Assembly: GCA_007695195.1 (NCBI GenBank)
Contig: REEG01000157.1
Coordinates: forward strand, 4,270-68,269
Origin: Gemmatimonadales bacterium
Lineage (GTDB): Bacteria > Gemmatimonadota > Gemmatimonadetes > Longimicrobiales > Gaopeijiaceae
Length of the DNA stretch: 64,000 nucleotides
Reading direction: 5' to 3'
The position numbers and the translations under genes were made by a program. Of this stretch, positions 19,927 through 30,030 are shown piece by piece. A model generated the notes under the pieces. It ran no database searches, had not been told where the DNA came from, and worked only from the letters and a program-made list of their open reading frames with translations. Within the stretch, counting starts at the first letter, position 1, and every line of letters begins with the position of its first letter.

Positions 19927-21401
19927 CGGGGGCTTCGAGGGCAAGGTCGCATCGGAGTCGGGGGATGCACGGCCGGAGGGAGGCAAGCGACCTTCCGGGT
20001 CGAGTCCACGCTGCATGGTCGGGGTGGGGTGGCCCGCCTCCCGGGTCGACGGTGGTGGTGGCCCTGTCAGGGGGGCTGGATTCCTGCGTGCTCCTCCATC
20101 TGCTCCGCTTTCCTCTGGCGGGGTTGGGCCTCCGGGTGGTGGCGGCCCACTTCGACCACCGGATGCGGCGAGACAGCGGCGTGGACGCCCATTGGGTCAG
20201 CGGAGTGGCCGGAGCGTGGCGGGTGCCGGTGCGGATCGGAGAGGCGGAGCGCCCGGTGCGCAACGAGACCGAGGCCCGGCGGCTCCGATACGACTTCCTC
20301 GAACGGGTCCGCGCCGAGGAAGAGGCCAGCATGGTGCTTACCGCCCATCACGCCGAGGACCAGATGGAGACGGTGATTTTCCGGATCCTACGGGGGACCG
20401 GTGTGCAGGGGCTCGCCGGGATTCCGGCCCGCAGGGAACCGGGAGTGGCGCGCCCCCTCCTGGACGAAGCTCGCGACGAGCTCGTCGCCTATGCGGAACA
20501 GCACAGGGTCCCCGGACGGCTGGACCCCTCCAACGAGGATCTGGGCATTGCCCGGAACCGGATTCGCCACGAGCTCCTTCCCCGGATCACCGACATCCAC
20601 CCCGGGGCCCGGGAGGCCATCCTGCGCCTTTCCCGCAACGCCCGCCGAACGGGCCGGGCACTGGATTCGCTCCTCGCTCCCGTGCTACAGCGCCTCCGGG
20701 TGGATCGGGGAGACGGGTTCTGTACATTCCATCGCGAAGCTTTCCTGGACCTCCCGGCACCCGTCCAGGGAGAGGCGCTGCGAGCCCTGGCGCGGAGGGC
20801 CGGGCCACCCCTGGACGAAACAGGAACCGCCGCCGCCCTCGAGTTTATCAGGACGGGCCACAGCGGTCGGGTCCTGCACCTGACCCACACCCTCCACCTG
20901 GAAAGGGAATTCGATCTCCTTCGCCTGTCATGGAATGGAGTCGGGCGGATCAGATCGGAGGCGGTCCGGCCCGGCGATCAGGTCCCTTTTCTCCGCGAAC
21001 CTCCCGCCCGACCCGGGCGGAGCGAGATTGATTTCGGAGGCCGTCACCTGTTGATTGAGTGGGCTTCGGGGCGGGTCTCCGGAGAGGAAGTGGTCATGGG
21101 ACCCGGACCGTCGGACCTCCGGGGGTGCCGGATCGAACTCACCGGGCTGGTGTTTCCCCTTAGCTTGAGGAGTCCTCGCCCTGGTGACAGGATCAGAGGT
21201 CCGGCGGGAAGTCGGAAGTTGAAGAAGCTGTTCGGGGAGTTGAGGGTACCGGCTCGCGATCGAGTCCGCACCCCTCTCGTCGTCGATGGCCGCGATGAAA
21301 TCCTCTGGATTCCCGGCCTGTATCGGAGCGCCCTGGCACCGGTCTCGTCGGAGGCGGGGGGGCACGCCGTATTTCTGAAGATTGGAGAGGAAGCGGAATG
21401 A
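19923..21401 (+). CDS. tilS: tRNA(Ile)-lysidine synthase
   Basis: PP-loop VVALSGGLDSCVLL plus TilS substrate-binding and C-terminal domains. ORF-track start 19785 trimmed to ATG 19923 (ATGA overlap with glpQ). Confidence 0.85.
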   Translation: MTGASRARSHRSRGMHGRREASDLPGRVHAAWSGWGGPPPGSTVVVALSGGLDSCVLLHLLRFPLAGLGLRVVAAHFDHRMRRDSGVDAHWVSGVAGAWRVPVRIGEAERPVRNETEARRLRYDFLERVRAEEEASMVLTAHHAEDQMETVIFRILRGTGVQGLAGIPARREPGVARPLLDEARDELVAYAEQHRVPGRLDPSNEDLGIARNRIRHELLPRITDIHPGAREAILRLSRNARRTGRALDSLLAPVLQRLRVDRGDGFCTFHREAFLDLPAPVQGEALRALARRAGPPLDETGTAAALEFIRTGHSGRVLHLTHTLHLEREFDLLRLSWNGVGRIRSEAVRPGDQVPFLREPPARPGRSEIDFGGRHLLIEWASGRVSGEEVVMGPGPSDLRGCRIELTGLVFPLSLRSPRPGDRIRGPAGSRKLKKLFGELRVPARDRVRTPLVVDGRDEILWIPGLYRSALAPVSSEAGGHAVFLKIGEEAE

Positions 21402-22000
21402 CCACGCCGACGAGCTTCGAGCTTGCGCGGGGAGTTGGAGTCAATGGAAGCCACCGGATCGTCTATTCCCAGGACGAGATCGCCGTGCGGGTTGCGGAGA
21501 TGGGCGAGGAGATCTCCCGACACTACCCGGCGGATGGTTCGCTCCTGGTCCTGGGACTTCTCAAGGGATCCTTCATCTTCCTGGCCGATCTGGTCCGGGC
21601 CATTCGGATCCCTCTTCAGGTGGACTTCCTTGTGGCCGCCAGCTACGGTGCCGACATGGTGTCGTCGGGGTCGGTCCAGCTCCTTTACGATCCTCACACT
21701 CCCATCCGGGACCGACATGTGGTCCTGGTGGAGGACATCGTGGACAGCGGAACCACCATGAAGCACATCCTTCCGCTTCTGGGAGCGCGTGAACCGGCCA
21801 GTCTGGAGATCTGTGCCCTCCTCCACAAACGGATCTGCGATACCGACGCCCGTTGGGTCGGCTTCGAGGCTCCCCGGGAGTTCCTGGTGGGCTACGGGTT
21901 GGATCACGCCGAGGACTTCCGCCACCTGCCCTTTATTGCGAGCCTCCTGAGCGACGGGAGCGCCGCGTCCCCCTCCACGCGAGTTTCCTCCGATGGCTGA
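21398..22000 (+). CDS. hpt: hypoxanthine phosphoribosyltransferase
   Basis: PRPP motif VVLVEDIVDSGTTM. tilS-hpt-ftsH synteny. Confidence 0.9.
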   Translation: MTTPTSFELARGVGVNGSHRIVYSQDEIAVRVAEMGEEISRHYPADGSLLVLGLLKGSFIFLADLVRAIRIPLQVDFLVAASYGADMVSSGSVQLLYDPHTPIRDRHVVLVEDIVDSGTTMKHILPLLGAREPASLEICALLHKRICDTDARWVGFEAPREFLVGYGLDHAEDFRHLPFIASLLSDGSAASPSTRVSSDG

Positions 22001-24116
22001 CCGAGATCCCAGGTCCCAGGAGAAGAAGACACCGGGCTGGTCACGCCTGTCCCGGGCAGCGTCCTTCTGGATGCTGATCATTCTCGTTCCCATCCTCCTC
22101 TTCAACTTCCTCTGGGGGGAGGACGATTCCCGTTACGAGTTCTCCTTCACCGATTTCCGCACCGAACTCCAGAACGACAACATCGAGTCGGTGAAGGTGA
22201 TCGAGGGGGTGACCCTCCAGGGAGAGTTCCGTCGCTCGGTGGAGCGGGAGGGGCAGGACTACTCCGAGTTCGAGGCCCACCTCCCGGGCCCCATCAGCGA
22301 CGGCCTCATCGAGGAGATGGAGGCTCGGGGCGTTCACATCACCGGTGAACCGGAGCAGACCCCCTGGTGGACCTTCCTCATCGGGGTTCTCCCCTGGGTA
22401 ATCCTGATCCTCTTCTGGTTCTGGATCATCCGGACCATGCAGGGTGGCGGGAACAAGGCCTTCCAGTTCGGTCGGTCCAAGGCGAAGCTCATCTCGCCCG
22501 ACACCCCCAAGGTCACCTTCAACGATGTGGCCGGGGCCGAAGAGGCGAAGCACGAGCTGGAAGAGATCATCGAGTTCCTGAAGGACCCGCAGAAGTTCGG
22601 CCGTCTCGGCGGGCGGCTTCCCAAGGGCGTGCTCCTGGTGGGGCCTCCGGGCACGGGGAAGACGCTCCTGGCCAAGGCGGTGGCCGGTGAGGCCGGTCGT
22701 CCCTTCTTCCAGATGTCCGGCTCGGATTTCGTGGAGATGTTCGTGGGTGTGGGTGCCTCCCGGGTCCGGGACCTCTTCGAACAGGGCAAGACCAACGCGC
22801 CCTGCATCATCTTCATCGATGAGATCGACGCCGTGGGTCGCCACCGGGGTGCCGGCCTCGGGGGTGGGCACGACGAGAGGGAGCAGACCCTGAACCAGCT
22901 CCTGGTGGAGATGGACGGCTTCGAGGCCAATGAGGGGGTGATTCTCCTGGCGGCCACCAACAGGGTGGACGTCCTCGATCCCGCCCTCCTCCGCCCCGGC
23001 CGCTTTGACCGGCAGGTGGTGGTGGACGCCCCCGACGTGCAGGGCCGGGAGATGATCCTCCGGGTCCATGCCCGCAAGCTGCCCCTGTCGTCGGAGGTGG
23101 ATCTCAAGATCATCGCCAAGGGGACCCCGGGGCTCTCCGGCGCCGACCTGGCCAACATCTGCAACGAGGCCGCCCTCCTGGCCGCTCGTCGGGACGCCGA
23201 CAAGGTGACCATGGAGGACTTCGAGCAGGCCAAGGACAAGATCATGCTGGGCACTGAGCGCCGCAGCATGGTCCTCACGGAGAACGAGCGAAAGCTGACG
23301 GCCTACCACGAGGCGGGGCACGCCGTCATCGGGCTCCGCCTCCCCGGGCTCGATCCCATCCACAAGGTGACCATCGTGCCCCGCGGACGGGCCCTTGGGA
23401 TCACGGCGTCCCTTCCGGAAGAGGATCGCCACTCCTACACCAAGGATTGGCTGGAAGGGCAGCTTTGCATGCTCTTCGGGGGGCGCGTCGCCGAGGAGAT
23501 GATCTTCGGCCCGGAGAAGGTGACCACGGGCGCCGGCAACGACATCGAACGGGCCACGCAGATGTCCCGGCGCATGGTCACACGATTCGGGATGTCCGAC
23601 GCCATCGGACTCATGGCCATCGGGGACTCGGATCAGCAGGTCTTCCTGGGGCGCGAGATGACGCAGAAGCGGGATGTGTCCGAGCATACCGCGCAGTTGG
23701 TGGATCAGGAGGTGAAGCGGATCCTGGATGAGGCCCACGAGCAGGCCCGGGAGCTTCTGGAACGGGAGAAGGACCTCCTGGAGCGCATCGCCCAGGCGCT
23801 CCTGGAGCGGGAGACGTTGGATCGGGACGAGGTGATGCTCCTGGCCCGAGGCGAGCCGCTCCCACCTCTGGAGCCGGTGCCGGGGTCCGATGACCCGGTG
23901 CCTTCGTCCCCGTCCGCTTCCGACCCCGAGACTGGATCCGAAGCCCGTACGGGCGCTACTCCGGACCCGTCGCCCACCTCCGCCCGGGAAGCATCCGAGG
24001 ACAAGAAGACGGACCCGGTGGATCTGGAGGACCGAGCAGAAGAGTCCGCTTCGGTGGGGAGCGCCCCCATCAGGCGGACACGCAGAGACCCCGACCCGGA
24101 CGCATCGCACGGATGA
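21993..24116 (+). CDS. ftsH: ATP-dependent zinc metalloprotease FtsH
   Basis: Walker [17 protein letters not shown] region, zinc site HEAGHAV. Two N-terminal TMs. About 90-aa low-complexity C-terminal tail. Confidence 0.97.
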   Translation: MADRDPRSQEKKTPGWSRLSRAASFWMLIILVPILLFNFLWGEDDSRYEFSFTDFRTELQNDNIESVKVIEGVTLQGEFRRSVEREGQDYSEFEAHLPGPISDGLIEEMEARGVHITGEPEQTPWWTFLIGVLPWVILILFWFWIIRTMQGGGNKAFQFGRSKAKLISPDTPKVTFNDVAGAEEAKHELEEIIEFLKDPQKFGRLGGRLPKGVLLVGPPGTGKTLLAKAVAGEAGRPFFQMSGSDFVEMFVGVGASRVRDLFEQGKTNAPCIIFIDEIDAVGRHRGAGLGGGHDEREQTLNQLLVEMDGFEANEGVILLAATNRVDVLDPALLRPGRFDRQVVVDAPDVQGREMILRVHARKLPLSSEVDLKIIAKGTPGLSGADLANICNEAALLAARRDADKVTMEDFEQAKDKIMLGTERRSMVLTENERKLTAYHEAGHAVIGLRLPGLDPIHKVTIVPRGRALGITASLPEEDRHSYTKDWLEGQLCMLFGGRVAEEMIFGPEKVTTGAGNDIERATQMSRRMVTRFGMSDAIGLMAIGDSDQQVFLGREMTQKRDVSEHTAQLVDQEVKRILDEAHEQARELLEREKDLLERIAQALLERETLDRDEVMLLARGEPLPPLEPVPGSDDPVPSSPSASDPETGSEARTGATPDPSPTSAREASEDKKTDPVDLEDRAEESASVGSAPIRRTRRDPDPDASHG

Positions 24117-25030
24117 GCCAACGTCTTCCTTCTTCGGATCGCTGGGTCACATCCAGGGGCAGCATCCCCCTGGACCCATTCCTTGTCATGGGAATTCTGG
24201 ATCTCCCCGCTGATGCCCGTTCCAACGGTGGGGACCCGGCAGTGGGTGGGCTCCTTCTGGAGCGGGCCCTGCGGATGCAGTCGGCGGGAGCCGGTATGCT
24301 GGATCTTGGCGTACCGGGAGGTGGAGCCGTGCCGGCGCTTTCCGAGGCCGACGAACTCCGGCGCCTGATCCCGGCTCTTCGGACCCTGGCTGCCCGGATC
24401 GACCTTCCCATTTCGGTGAACACCCGACGGGCCTCTGTGGCCCGGGCGGCTCTGGCCGAGGGGGTGGCGGTGATCCACGACGTATCCGGGTTGAGTTTCG
24501 ATCCTGAAATGGTGGAGGTCGTGGCCGGATCCGATGCCGGCCTGCTCCTCATGCACCTCAGGACCGATTCCGACGAGGGGTCCGGCGGAGGCTTCTCGGA
24601 TCTACTCATGGAGGTGGCCGTGGAGCTGGGCGAGGCGACCCAGTTGGCGGTGGATGCGGGAATCGACGTCGGTCGGATCGCCCTGGACCCCGGGATCGGG
24701 TTCGACGGATCCCCCGGCCGGTCCCTGGCCATGATCCGGGAGATGGGGCTTCTGGACGAAGCAGGCTTCCCGGTTGTTCTGGGCCCGGCCCCAGATACGT
24801 CGGACGGGGCTGCCGGTGCCGGTAGCCTGCCTGACGGCCCCGTGGCCGAGTCGGTGGTGTCGGCGCTGGCCTGGGAGCGTGGGGTTCGCCTCTTCCGGGT
24901 GCGTCATGTAGGGGCGGTCCTGGAGGCGCTGACCCTGGTTCGACAGATGGTGGAGGACGATCCCGTGGCCCATGCGGTGGACGCGGCTTCGGCCTCCGGA
25001 GGGGATCCGGATCCTCCGGTCCCCGCTTGA
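24113..25030 (+). CDS. dihydropteroate synthase homologue (Pterin_bind fold) with substituted catalytic motifs
   Basis: Collinear with FolP and in the conserved ftsH-folP position. DPGIGF is retained, but the other motifs diverge (see finding). Confidence 0.7.
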   Translation: MSQRLPSSDRWVTSRGSIPLDPFLVMGILDLPADARSNGGDPAVGGLLLERALRMQSAGAGMLDLGVPGGGAVPALSEADELRRLIPALRTLAARIDLPISVNTRRASVARAALAEGVAVIHDVSGLSFDPEMVEVVAGSDAGLLLMHLRTDSDEGSGGGFSDLLMEVAVELGEATQLAVDAGIDVGRIALDPGIGFDGSPGRSLAMIREMGLLDEAGFPVVLGPAPDTSDGAAGAGSLPDGPVAESVVSALAWERGVRLFRVRHVGAVLEALTLVRQMVEDDPVAHAVDAASASGGDPDPPVPA

Positions 25031-25043
25031 GGGTTAGGCCGCA

Positions 25044-25847
25044 GTGAGCGGGCTCTGGGAGCAGTTCCGGTTCCTGTTGCCGGGATGGGTGGATCTCATC
25101 GAGGTCGTGGTGGTGGCCGCGGTGGTGTACCGGATCCTCCTTCTTCTGCAGCGAACGCGGGCCATGCAGATGATCCTGGGGGTTCTTCTCCTGGGTTTTG
25201 TCTACGTCCTGGCCCGAATCCTGGACTTCTCCCTGATCCGTACGCTCCTGGAGACGCTCTTCCAGTTCGGAGCCATCGCCGCTCTGGTTGTGTTCCAACC
25301 GGAGTTGCGCGCCGCCCTGGCCCGTCTGGGTCAGAGCCGTATGCTCAAGTTCTTCGGTAAGATGGAGAGTCGAATCCTGGTTGATGAGATCGTCGAGGCG
25401 ACGGCCGAACTCTCCCGCACCGGCGTGGGCGCCATCATCGTCATGGAAAACGAGATGGGGCTTGACGAGTACGCCGCCACAGGGACGGCCATCGAAGCCC
25501 GGGTTTCGTCGGAGATGCTGACGACCATCTTCACACCCCACTCCCCCCTTCACGACGGCGCCGTCATCATCGTCGGGGATATGATCAAGTCGGCCGGCGC
25601 AATACTCCCCCTGACCCAGACGCCGCTTCAGGACAAGTCCATGGGAACACGCCATCGGGCTGCTCTGGGCCTCTCGGAGGAGGCCGATGCCCTGGTCATC
25701 GTGGTCAGCGAGGAGACATCGAGGATTTCAGTGGCTCAGGCAGGGCGGATGGAGGTGGGAGTTGATGTGGAGCGGCTTCGCCGGATTCTCCAGGGGAGTC
25801 TTCCGGAGCGTGCGAAGGGACTCAACTTGATCCCCGCCTCCCGGTGA
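25044..25847 (+). CDS. cdaA: diadenylate cyclase (c-di-AMP synthase) CdaA
   Basis: Three N-terminal TMs. DAC-domain motifs PLHDGAVII (DGA) and GTRHRAALG (RHR). GTG start. Confidence 0.9.
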   Translation: MSGLWEQFRFLLPGWVDLIEVVVVAAVVYRILLLLQRTRAMQMILGVLLLGFVYVLARILDFSLIRTLLETLFQFGAIAALVVFQPELRAALARLGQSRMLKFFGKMESRILVDEIVEATAELSRTGVGAIIVMENEMGLDEYAATGTAIEARVSSEMLTTIFTPHSPLHDGAVIIVGDMIKSAGAILPLTQTPLQDKSMGTRHRAALGLSEEADALVIVVSEETSRISVAQAGRMEVGVDVERLRRILQGSLPERAKGLNLIPASR

Positions 25848-25882
25848 GTTCCGTCGTTTCCAGATTGTTTCGCCCGGCTTCG

Positions 25883-25911
25883 TTGACAGGGCCGGGAGCG
25901 CCCCGTACATT
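25883..25911 (+). promoter_or_regulatory. near-consensus sigma70-type promoter for the exbB-exbD-exbD-tonB operon
   Basis: TTGACA (25883-25888), exactly 17 nt, TACATT (25906-25911). Lies in the relatively AT-rich 170-nt gap after cdaA. Confidence 0.55.
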
Positions 25912-26017
25912 GCCGCCGGTCTGAAAATATCGAGTAGTTGCGGTGGCGGACTCGCCCCTCCGAGGCGCGAGTTCGGCTTGTTGAGTTCCTCCCACGTCAC
26001 ACCACAAGGAGCCGGGT

Positions 26018-26830
26018 TTGGACGATCTCGAATACAATTTGCTGACGCTCTTCGCCGACGGAGGGCTGATGATGTACTTCCTCGTCCTCTGCTCCCTTGT
26101 GGCGCTGGGCGTCATCATCGCCAAGTCCTACACCTTGTGGCTGGCCCACAAGGACACGGAGACCGTGCTGGCCGAGGTCCAGGAGCTGAGTGAGCAGGGT
26201 CGCCTGGACGAGGCGATCCAACGCTGCATCGAGACGCCCGGACCCACGGCGGCGATCCTGCTGGCCGGCCTGCGACGGATCAAGGACGGGAAGGTGAAGG
26301 AGTCGGAGTTGGAGCAGGCCATCAATACCACGGGGACCATCGAGCTTGGCTTCCTGGAGCGGGGACTGGTGATTCTCGCCACCGTGGCCAACGTGGCTCC
26401 GCTCATGGGCTTCCTGGGAACGGTGGCCGGGATGATCATGGCCTTCGAATCCATTGCCGTCGCCGGTGACGTGGATCCGACGCTGGTGGCCGGCGGCATC
26501 AAGGTGGCCCTCCTCACCACGGCCACGGGGCTGCTCATCGCCATCCCCACCAACATCGGGTACAACTTCTTCGTGACCCGGATCGACCGGCTGATCCTGG
26601 ACATGGAACAGGGCACCCAGCAGTTGCTGAACCTGGTGTGGGACATGGACCGGCGTGGAGACCTCCAGATGGTCCGCCAGGGAGGAGCCCCCGCTGCCGC
26701 CATGGCCGGCGCAGGGGTGGGAGCCGCGAAGGGGCGCCGCGCTCCCAGCCAGGCCTCGCGAGGCGAGCCTGCCAGCCCGCCGGCACCGACGGCCGATGAA
26801 TCGGTGAAGAAGAACAAGCCGGGGAACTGA
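26018..26830 (+). CDS. exbB: MotA/TolQ/ExbB proton-channel protein
   Basis: TTG start 6 nt after AGGAG (26007-26011). Motifs FADGGLMMYFLVLCSLVAL and ATVANVAPLMGFLGTVAGMIMAF. Confidence 0.85.
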   Translation: MDDLEYNLLTLFADGGLMMYFLVLCSLVALGVIIAKSYTLWLAHKDTETVLAEVQELSEQGRLDEAIQRCIETPGPTAAILLAGLRRIKDGKVKESELEQAINTTGTIELGFLERGLVILATVANVAPLMGFLGTVAGMIMAFESIAVAGDVDPTLVAGGIKVALLTTATGLLIAIPTNIGYNFFVTRIDRLILDMEQGTQQLLNLVWDMDRRGDLQMVRQGGAPAAAMAGAGVGAAKGRRAPSQASRGEPASPPAPTADESVKKNKPGN

Positions 26831-26912
26831 TCCGGCCGGTCCGGAACCTCTCTCCGCCGTAGGTTGTAGAAGTACTCGAACCCAGTCAGGATCTGACGCA
26901 AGGAGCCGCAGA

Positions 26913-27335
26913 GTGGCGATTCTGAAAAAGCAGTCGAAGGTGAGCGATGAGATTCCCTCCGCCTCCATGGCGGACATCGCCTTCCTTCTCCTCATCTTCT
27001 TCCTGGTAACGACGGTATTCCCGAAGGATCGGGGCCTGCCCATCGTTCTGCCGGAAGAGCAGGAGGAGGTGGAGATCTCCCAGCGCAACATCCTCCACAT
27101 CACCATCAATCCCGATGGTACCGTGGGGGTGCGGCGAGGCGATAGCCAGAATGAGTCATTCCATCGGCCCCACCAGATCCAGCAAGTCTGGCGCACCGAG
27201 GTGGCGCAGAATCCGAATCTCATTGCCGGTGTGCGGACGCATCCCGACGCGGCGCACCGTTACATGATCCAGGTGCTCGACGGCCTGCAGATGGCCAATG
27301 CCGAGCGGATCTCACTTCAGATGGGAGAGGGTTGA
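26913..27335 (+). CDS. exbD: biopolymer transport protein ExbD/TolR
   Basis: N-terminal motif SASMADIAFLLLIFFLVTTVF; about 140 aa. GTG start after AAGGAG. Confidence 0.85.
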   Translation: MAILKKQSKVSDEIPSASMADIAFLLLIFFLVTTVFPKDRGLPIVLPEEQEEVEISQRNILHITINPDGTVGVRRGDSQNESFHRPHQIQQVWRTEVAQNPNLIAGVRTHPDAAHRYMIQVLDGLQMANAERISLQMGEG

Positions 27336-27338
27336 TCC

Positions 27339-27791
27339 ATGGCGCTGAAAGGTGGTGGTGGACTTCAGCGGAAGTCGAAAGCTTCGGACCAGATTCCGTC
27401 CTCGTCGCTGGCGGACATCGCGTTCCTCCTCTTGATCTTCTTCATGGTCACCACGGTCTTCCGAACCGAGTCCGATCGGCCCATCGAATGGCCGGAGGCA
27501 GAGGCGACGCAGCAGATCGACGAGACCCGGGACAACATCATGTACGTCTGGATCGAGCGGAACGGGGACATCTGGATCAATGACCGGTTGGTTCCGTTGG
27601 ATGCCGTTTCCGAACTGGTCGCTCCGAGGTGGGTAGAATCCGGTCGCCGTCTTCGGATCTCGCTCCGTGCCGATGCGGAAGCTCCATACCGGTATGTGGA
27701 TGCGGTTCAGAAGCAGATTCAGCAGGCCGGCGCCATCTACGTGGTCTTCGCCACGGATCTGGAGCGCCGCATGATGAGGGAGAGACGATAA
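27339..27791 (+). CDS. exbD: biopolymer transport protein ExbD/TolR (second copy)
   Basis: SSSLADIAFLLLIFFMVTTVF; paralogue of the preceding gene. Confidence 0.85.
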   Translation: MALKGGGGLQRKSKASDQIPSSSLADIAFLLLIFFMVTTVFRTESDRPIEWPEAEATQQIDETRDNIMYVWIERNGDIWINDRLVPLDAVSELVAPRWVESGRRLRISLRADAEAPYRYVDAVQKQIQQAGAIYVVFATDLERRMMRERR

Positions 27792-27792
27792 G

Positions 27793-28488
27793 ATGACTGA
27801 ACCTACGAAAGCCCCCGCAGGGGGTGCGACGCCCATGGACGCCTTCGATACCGCCAATGATCGCTTGAAGCGGTCCTTCGGCTCCTGGTTCTGGGGCTCC
27901 ATGATGGCAGCCGTTGTGGTCCACTTCGCCGTGATGGCGTTCTGGCCGACCCTCCGGGCTGCCGACGTCTCCTTCACCATGGAGGATATGGAGGCCATCG
28001 AACTGCCGCCGGAGCTCGAGATTCCGCCGCCGCCGGAGCAGATCCAGCGCCCGGCCAATCCGGTGGTTTCCGAGGCTATGATCGACGACGACGTCACCAT
28101 TGCGCCCACCACGTTCGAGGACAACCTTCCGGACGACCTCCCGCCGCCTCCCACCGAGTCGCAGGCGGGGGTGGGAGATCAGCCTACCTTCACGCCCTTC
28201 ACCGTGGCGCCTGAGGTTCGGAACCGGAATGAGATTGGTCGGGTGCTGCAGCGCGAGTATCCTTCCACCCTCCGGGACGCGGGCATCGGTGGCACGGTGG
28301 TCATGCACTTCTTCATCGACGAGCAGGGAGTGGTGCAGAATACCCTGGTGGCCGAGAGTTCGGGGCACACGGCCCTCGACCAGGCCGCAGAGCGCGTGGC
28401 CCAGGCCTTCGAGTTCTCACCGGCGCTGAACCGGGATCAGCGAGTTCCGGTCTGGATCCAGATCCCCATCACCTTCCAGACGCGCTGA
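27793..28488 (+). CDS. tonB: TonB-family energy transducer
   Basis: N-terminal TM, Pro-rich linker (ELPPELEIPPPPEQIQRP), C-terminal TonB_C (GIGGTVVMHFFIDEQGVV...VPVWIQIPITFQ). Confidence 0.8.
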   Translation: MTEPTKAPAGGATPMDAFDTANDRLKRSFGSWFWGSMMAAVVVHFAVMAFWPTLRAADVSFTMEDMEAIELPPELEIPPPPEQIQRPANPVVSEAMIDDDVTIAPTTFEDNLPDDLPPPPTESQAGVGDQPTFTPFTVAPEVRNRNEIGRVLQREYPSTLRDAGIGGTVVMHFFIDEQGVVQNTLVAESSGHTALDQAAERVAQAFEFSPALNRDQRVPVWIQIPITFQTR

Positions 28489-28537
28489 TCGGTCCGGACG
28501 CGGTGGTGGGTCCGATCTGACTCTCCCGGATCGTCCC

Positions 28538-28573
28538 GAGCCCCGTGGGTCGCATTGGCGACCCACGGGGCTC
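28538..28573 (+). terminator. strong hairpin terminator after tonB
   Basis: Perfect 16-bp stem GAGCCCCGTGGGTCGC / GCGACCCACGGGGCTC with loop ATTG, 50 nt after the tonB stop. No U-tract, as is common in high-GC genomes. Confidence 0.6.
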
Positions 28574-28631
28574 GCCGCGTTCACCCCTTCGCAGCTTCCC
28601 CTTCCCCGCCTCCCACCTGACATTACTCTTC

Positions 28632-29333
28632 ATGTACGAGCACATCATCGCGGAAACACTCCCGGACATTCGGGAGCGGCTGGATGCGGCGGCGGTCAGG
28701 TCCGGCCGGCGTGCTGGGGAGGTCCAGATCGTGGCCGTCACCAAGGGCCACTCGGCGGCAGCCCTCCGGGCGGTGCTGGATGCCGGTCTGTACAATCTGG
28801 GTGAGAATCGTGTCGAGGAATTGGAGCGGAAGCAGGACGAACTCCAGGATGATGATCGGCCCCGCTGGCATATGGTGGGACATGTCCAGAGCCGAAAGGC
28901 CCCCCAGTTGTGGGGCCGGGTGAACCTTCTGCATTCCCTGGACTCATCCAAGCTCGGGGCCCGGTTCCATCGCACCCGTCCGGAGGGGGCGGAACCGATC
29001 CCGGTTCTTGTCCAGGTGAACACCTCCGGCGAAGATGCCAAGTACGGCTTCACACCTGAGGGGTTCACACAGGCCCTGCCCGGACTGGTTGAGCTCACGG
29101 GGCTTCAGGTACGGGGACTCATGACCATGGCACCCTTCACCGATGACGAGGAGTGGGTCCGGACGACCTTCCGGCGGCTTCGGGAGACCCACGAATGGGC
29201 TCGGGCCAACTGTCCCGGATACGAGGGGACGGAGCTCTCCATGGGGATGTCCAATGACTTCGAGATCGCCGTGGAGGAGGGAAGTACCATGATCCGTCTG
29301 GGTTCCGCACTACTTGGAGAACGGCCTACATGA
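28632..29333 (+). CDS. yggS: YggS-family pyridoxal-phosphate homeostasis protein
   Basis: PLP-Lys motif IVAVTKGH, GENRVEE, HMVGHVQSRK. Trimmed from 28545, which runs through the terminator hairpin, to ATG 28632. Confidence 0.85.
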   Translation: MYEHIIAETLPDIRERLDAAAVRSGRRAGEVQIVAVTKGHSAAALRAVLDAGLYNLGENRVEELERKQDELQDDDRPRWHMVGHVQSRKAPQLWGRVNLLHSLDSSKLGARFHRTRPEGAEPIPVLVQVNTSGEDAKYGFTPEGFTQALPGLVELTGLQVRGLMTMAPFTDDEEWVRTTFRRLRETHEWARANCPGYEGTELSMGMSNDFEIAVEEGSTMIRLGSALLGERPT

Positions 29334-29968
29334 TCGACCTGACGCCGCTGGATGTTCGCAAGAAGCGGGGGGACTTCCGGAAGTCCATGCGTGGCTACGA
29401 TCCCGGCGATGTCGACCCGTTCCTGGAGCTGGCGGCGGAACGACTCGAAGAGCTTGTGAAGTCGAACCGCGACCTCAATGAAGAGGTAGAGAGACTGCGT
29501 CGCCAGGTCGAGGCTCAGGAGGGTCGGGAACGGGCCGTGCAGGAGGCGTTGGTGTCGGCCCAGGAACTCCGGCGGGAAATCCAGGAGCAAGCGCGGAAGG
29601 AGGCGGAACTCGTCGTCCGGGAGGCGGAGTCCGAGGCCGAGGATCTCCGTCATTCCGCCGAGGCCGGGGTCCAACGGCTCGAGGAGGAGGCACGCCGGAC
29701 CATGGACCGCCTCCGTGGTGAGATCCAGGAGCTGCATCGGGTTCGCACCCGCTTCCTCCGACAGTTCCGACGCTTTCTGGAAAATGAACTGGACGCGGTG
29801 ACGGTCGAGGAACAACGTGACCTTGAACTGGTGCAGGCATTGGACGATGCCCACGCCCCGTCCGCAGGGAGCGAGGAGGTGCCGGATCCGCACGAACCGG
29901 CGCCCCTTCCTCCCGTCGAGGAGAACCTTACCCACGAGGCCGAGGAACCGCTGGAGCTCCTCGATTGA
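29330..29968 (+). CDS. divIVA: DivIVA-domain cell-division/polarity protein
   Basis: N-terminal DivIVA motif LTPLDVRKKRGDFRKSMRGYDPGDVDPFL followed by a long coiled coil. ATGA overlap with yggS. Confidence 0.8.
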   Translation: MIDLTPLDVRKKRGDFRKSMRGYDPGDVDPFLELAAERLEELVKSNRDLNEEVERLRRQVEAQEGRERAVQEALVSAQELRREIQEQARKEAELVVREAESEAEDLRHSAEAGVQRLEEEARRTMDRLRGEIQELHRVRTRFLRQFRRFLENELDAVTVEEQRDLELVQALDDAHAPSAGSEEVPDPHEPAPLPPVEENLTHEAEEPLELLD

Positions 29969-30030
29969 CCGTCCAAGGGCCCGTACCTCTCTCCACGCCG
30001 TCATCGACTGCTTCTTCCAAAGACCTACCC

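Noticed and set aside
29969-30030. T-box or other leader control upstream of ileS.
   Set aside because: The gap between divIVA and ileS is only 62 nt and has no specifier, T-box or terminator-antiterminator architecture. ileS appears to be simply co-transcribed.
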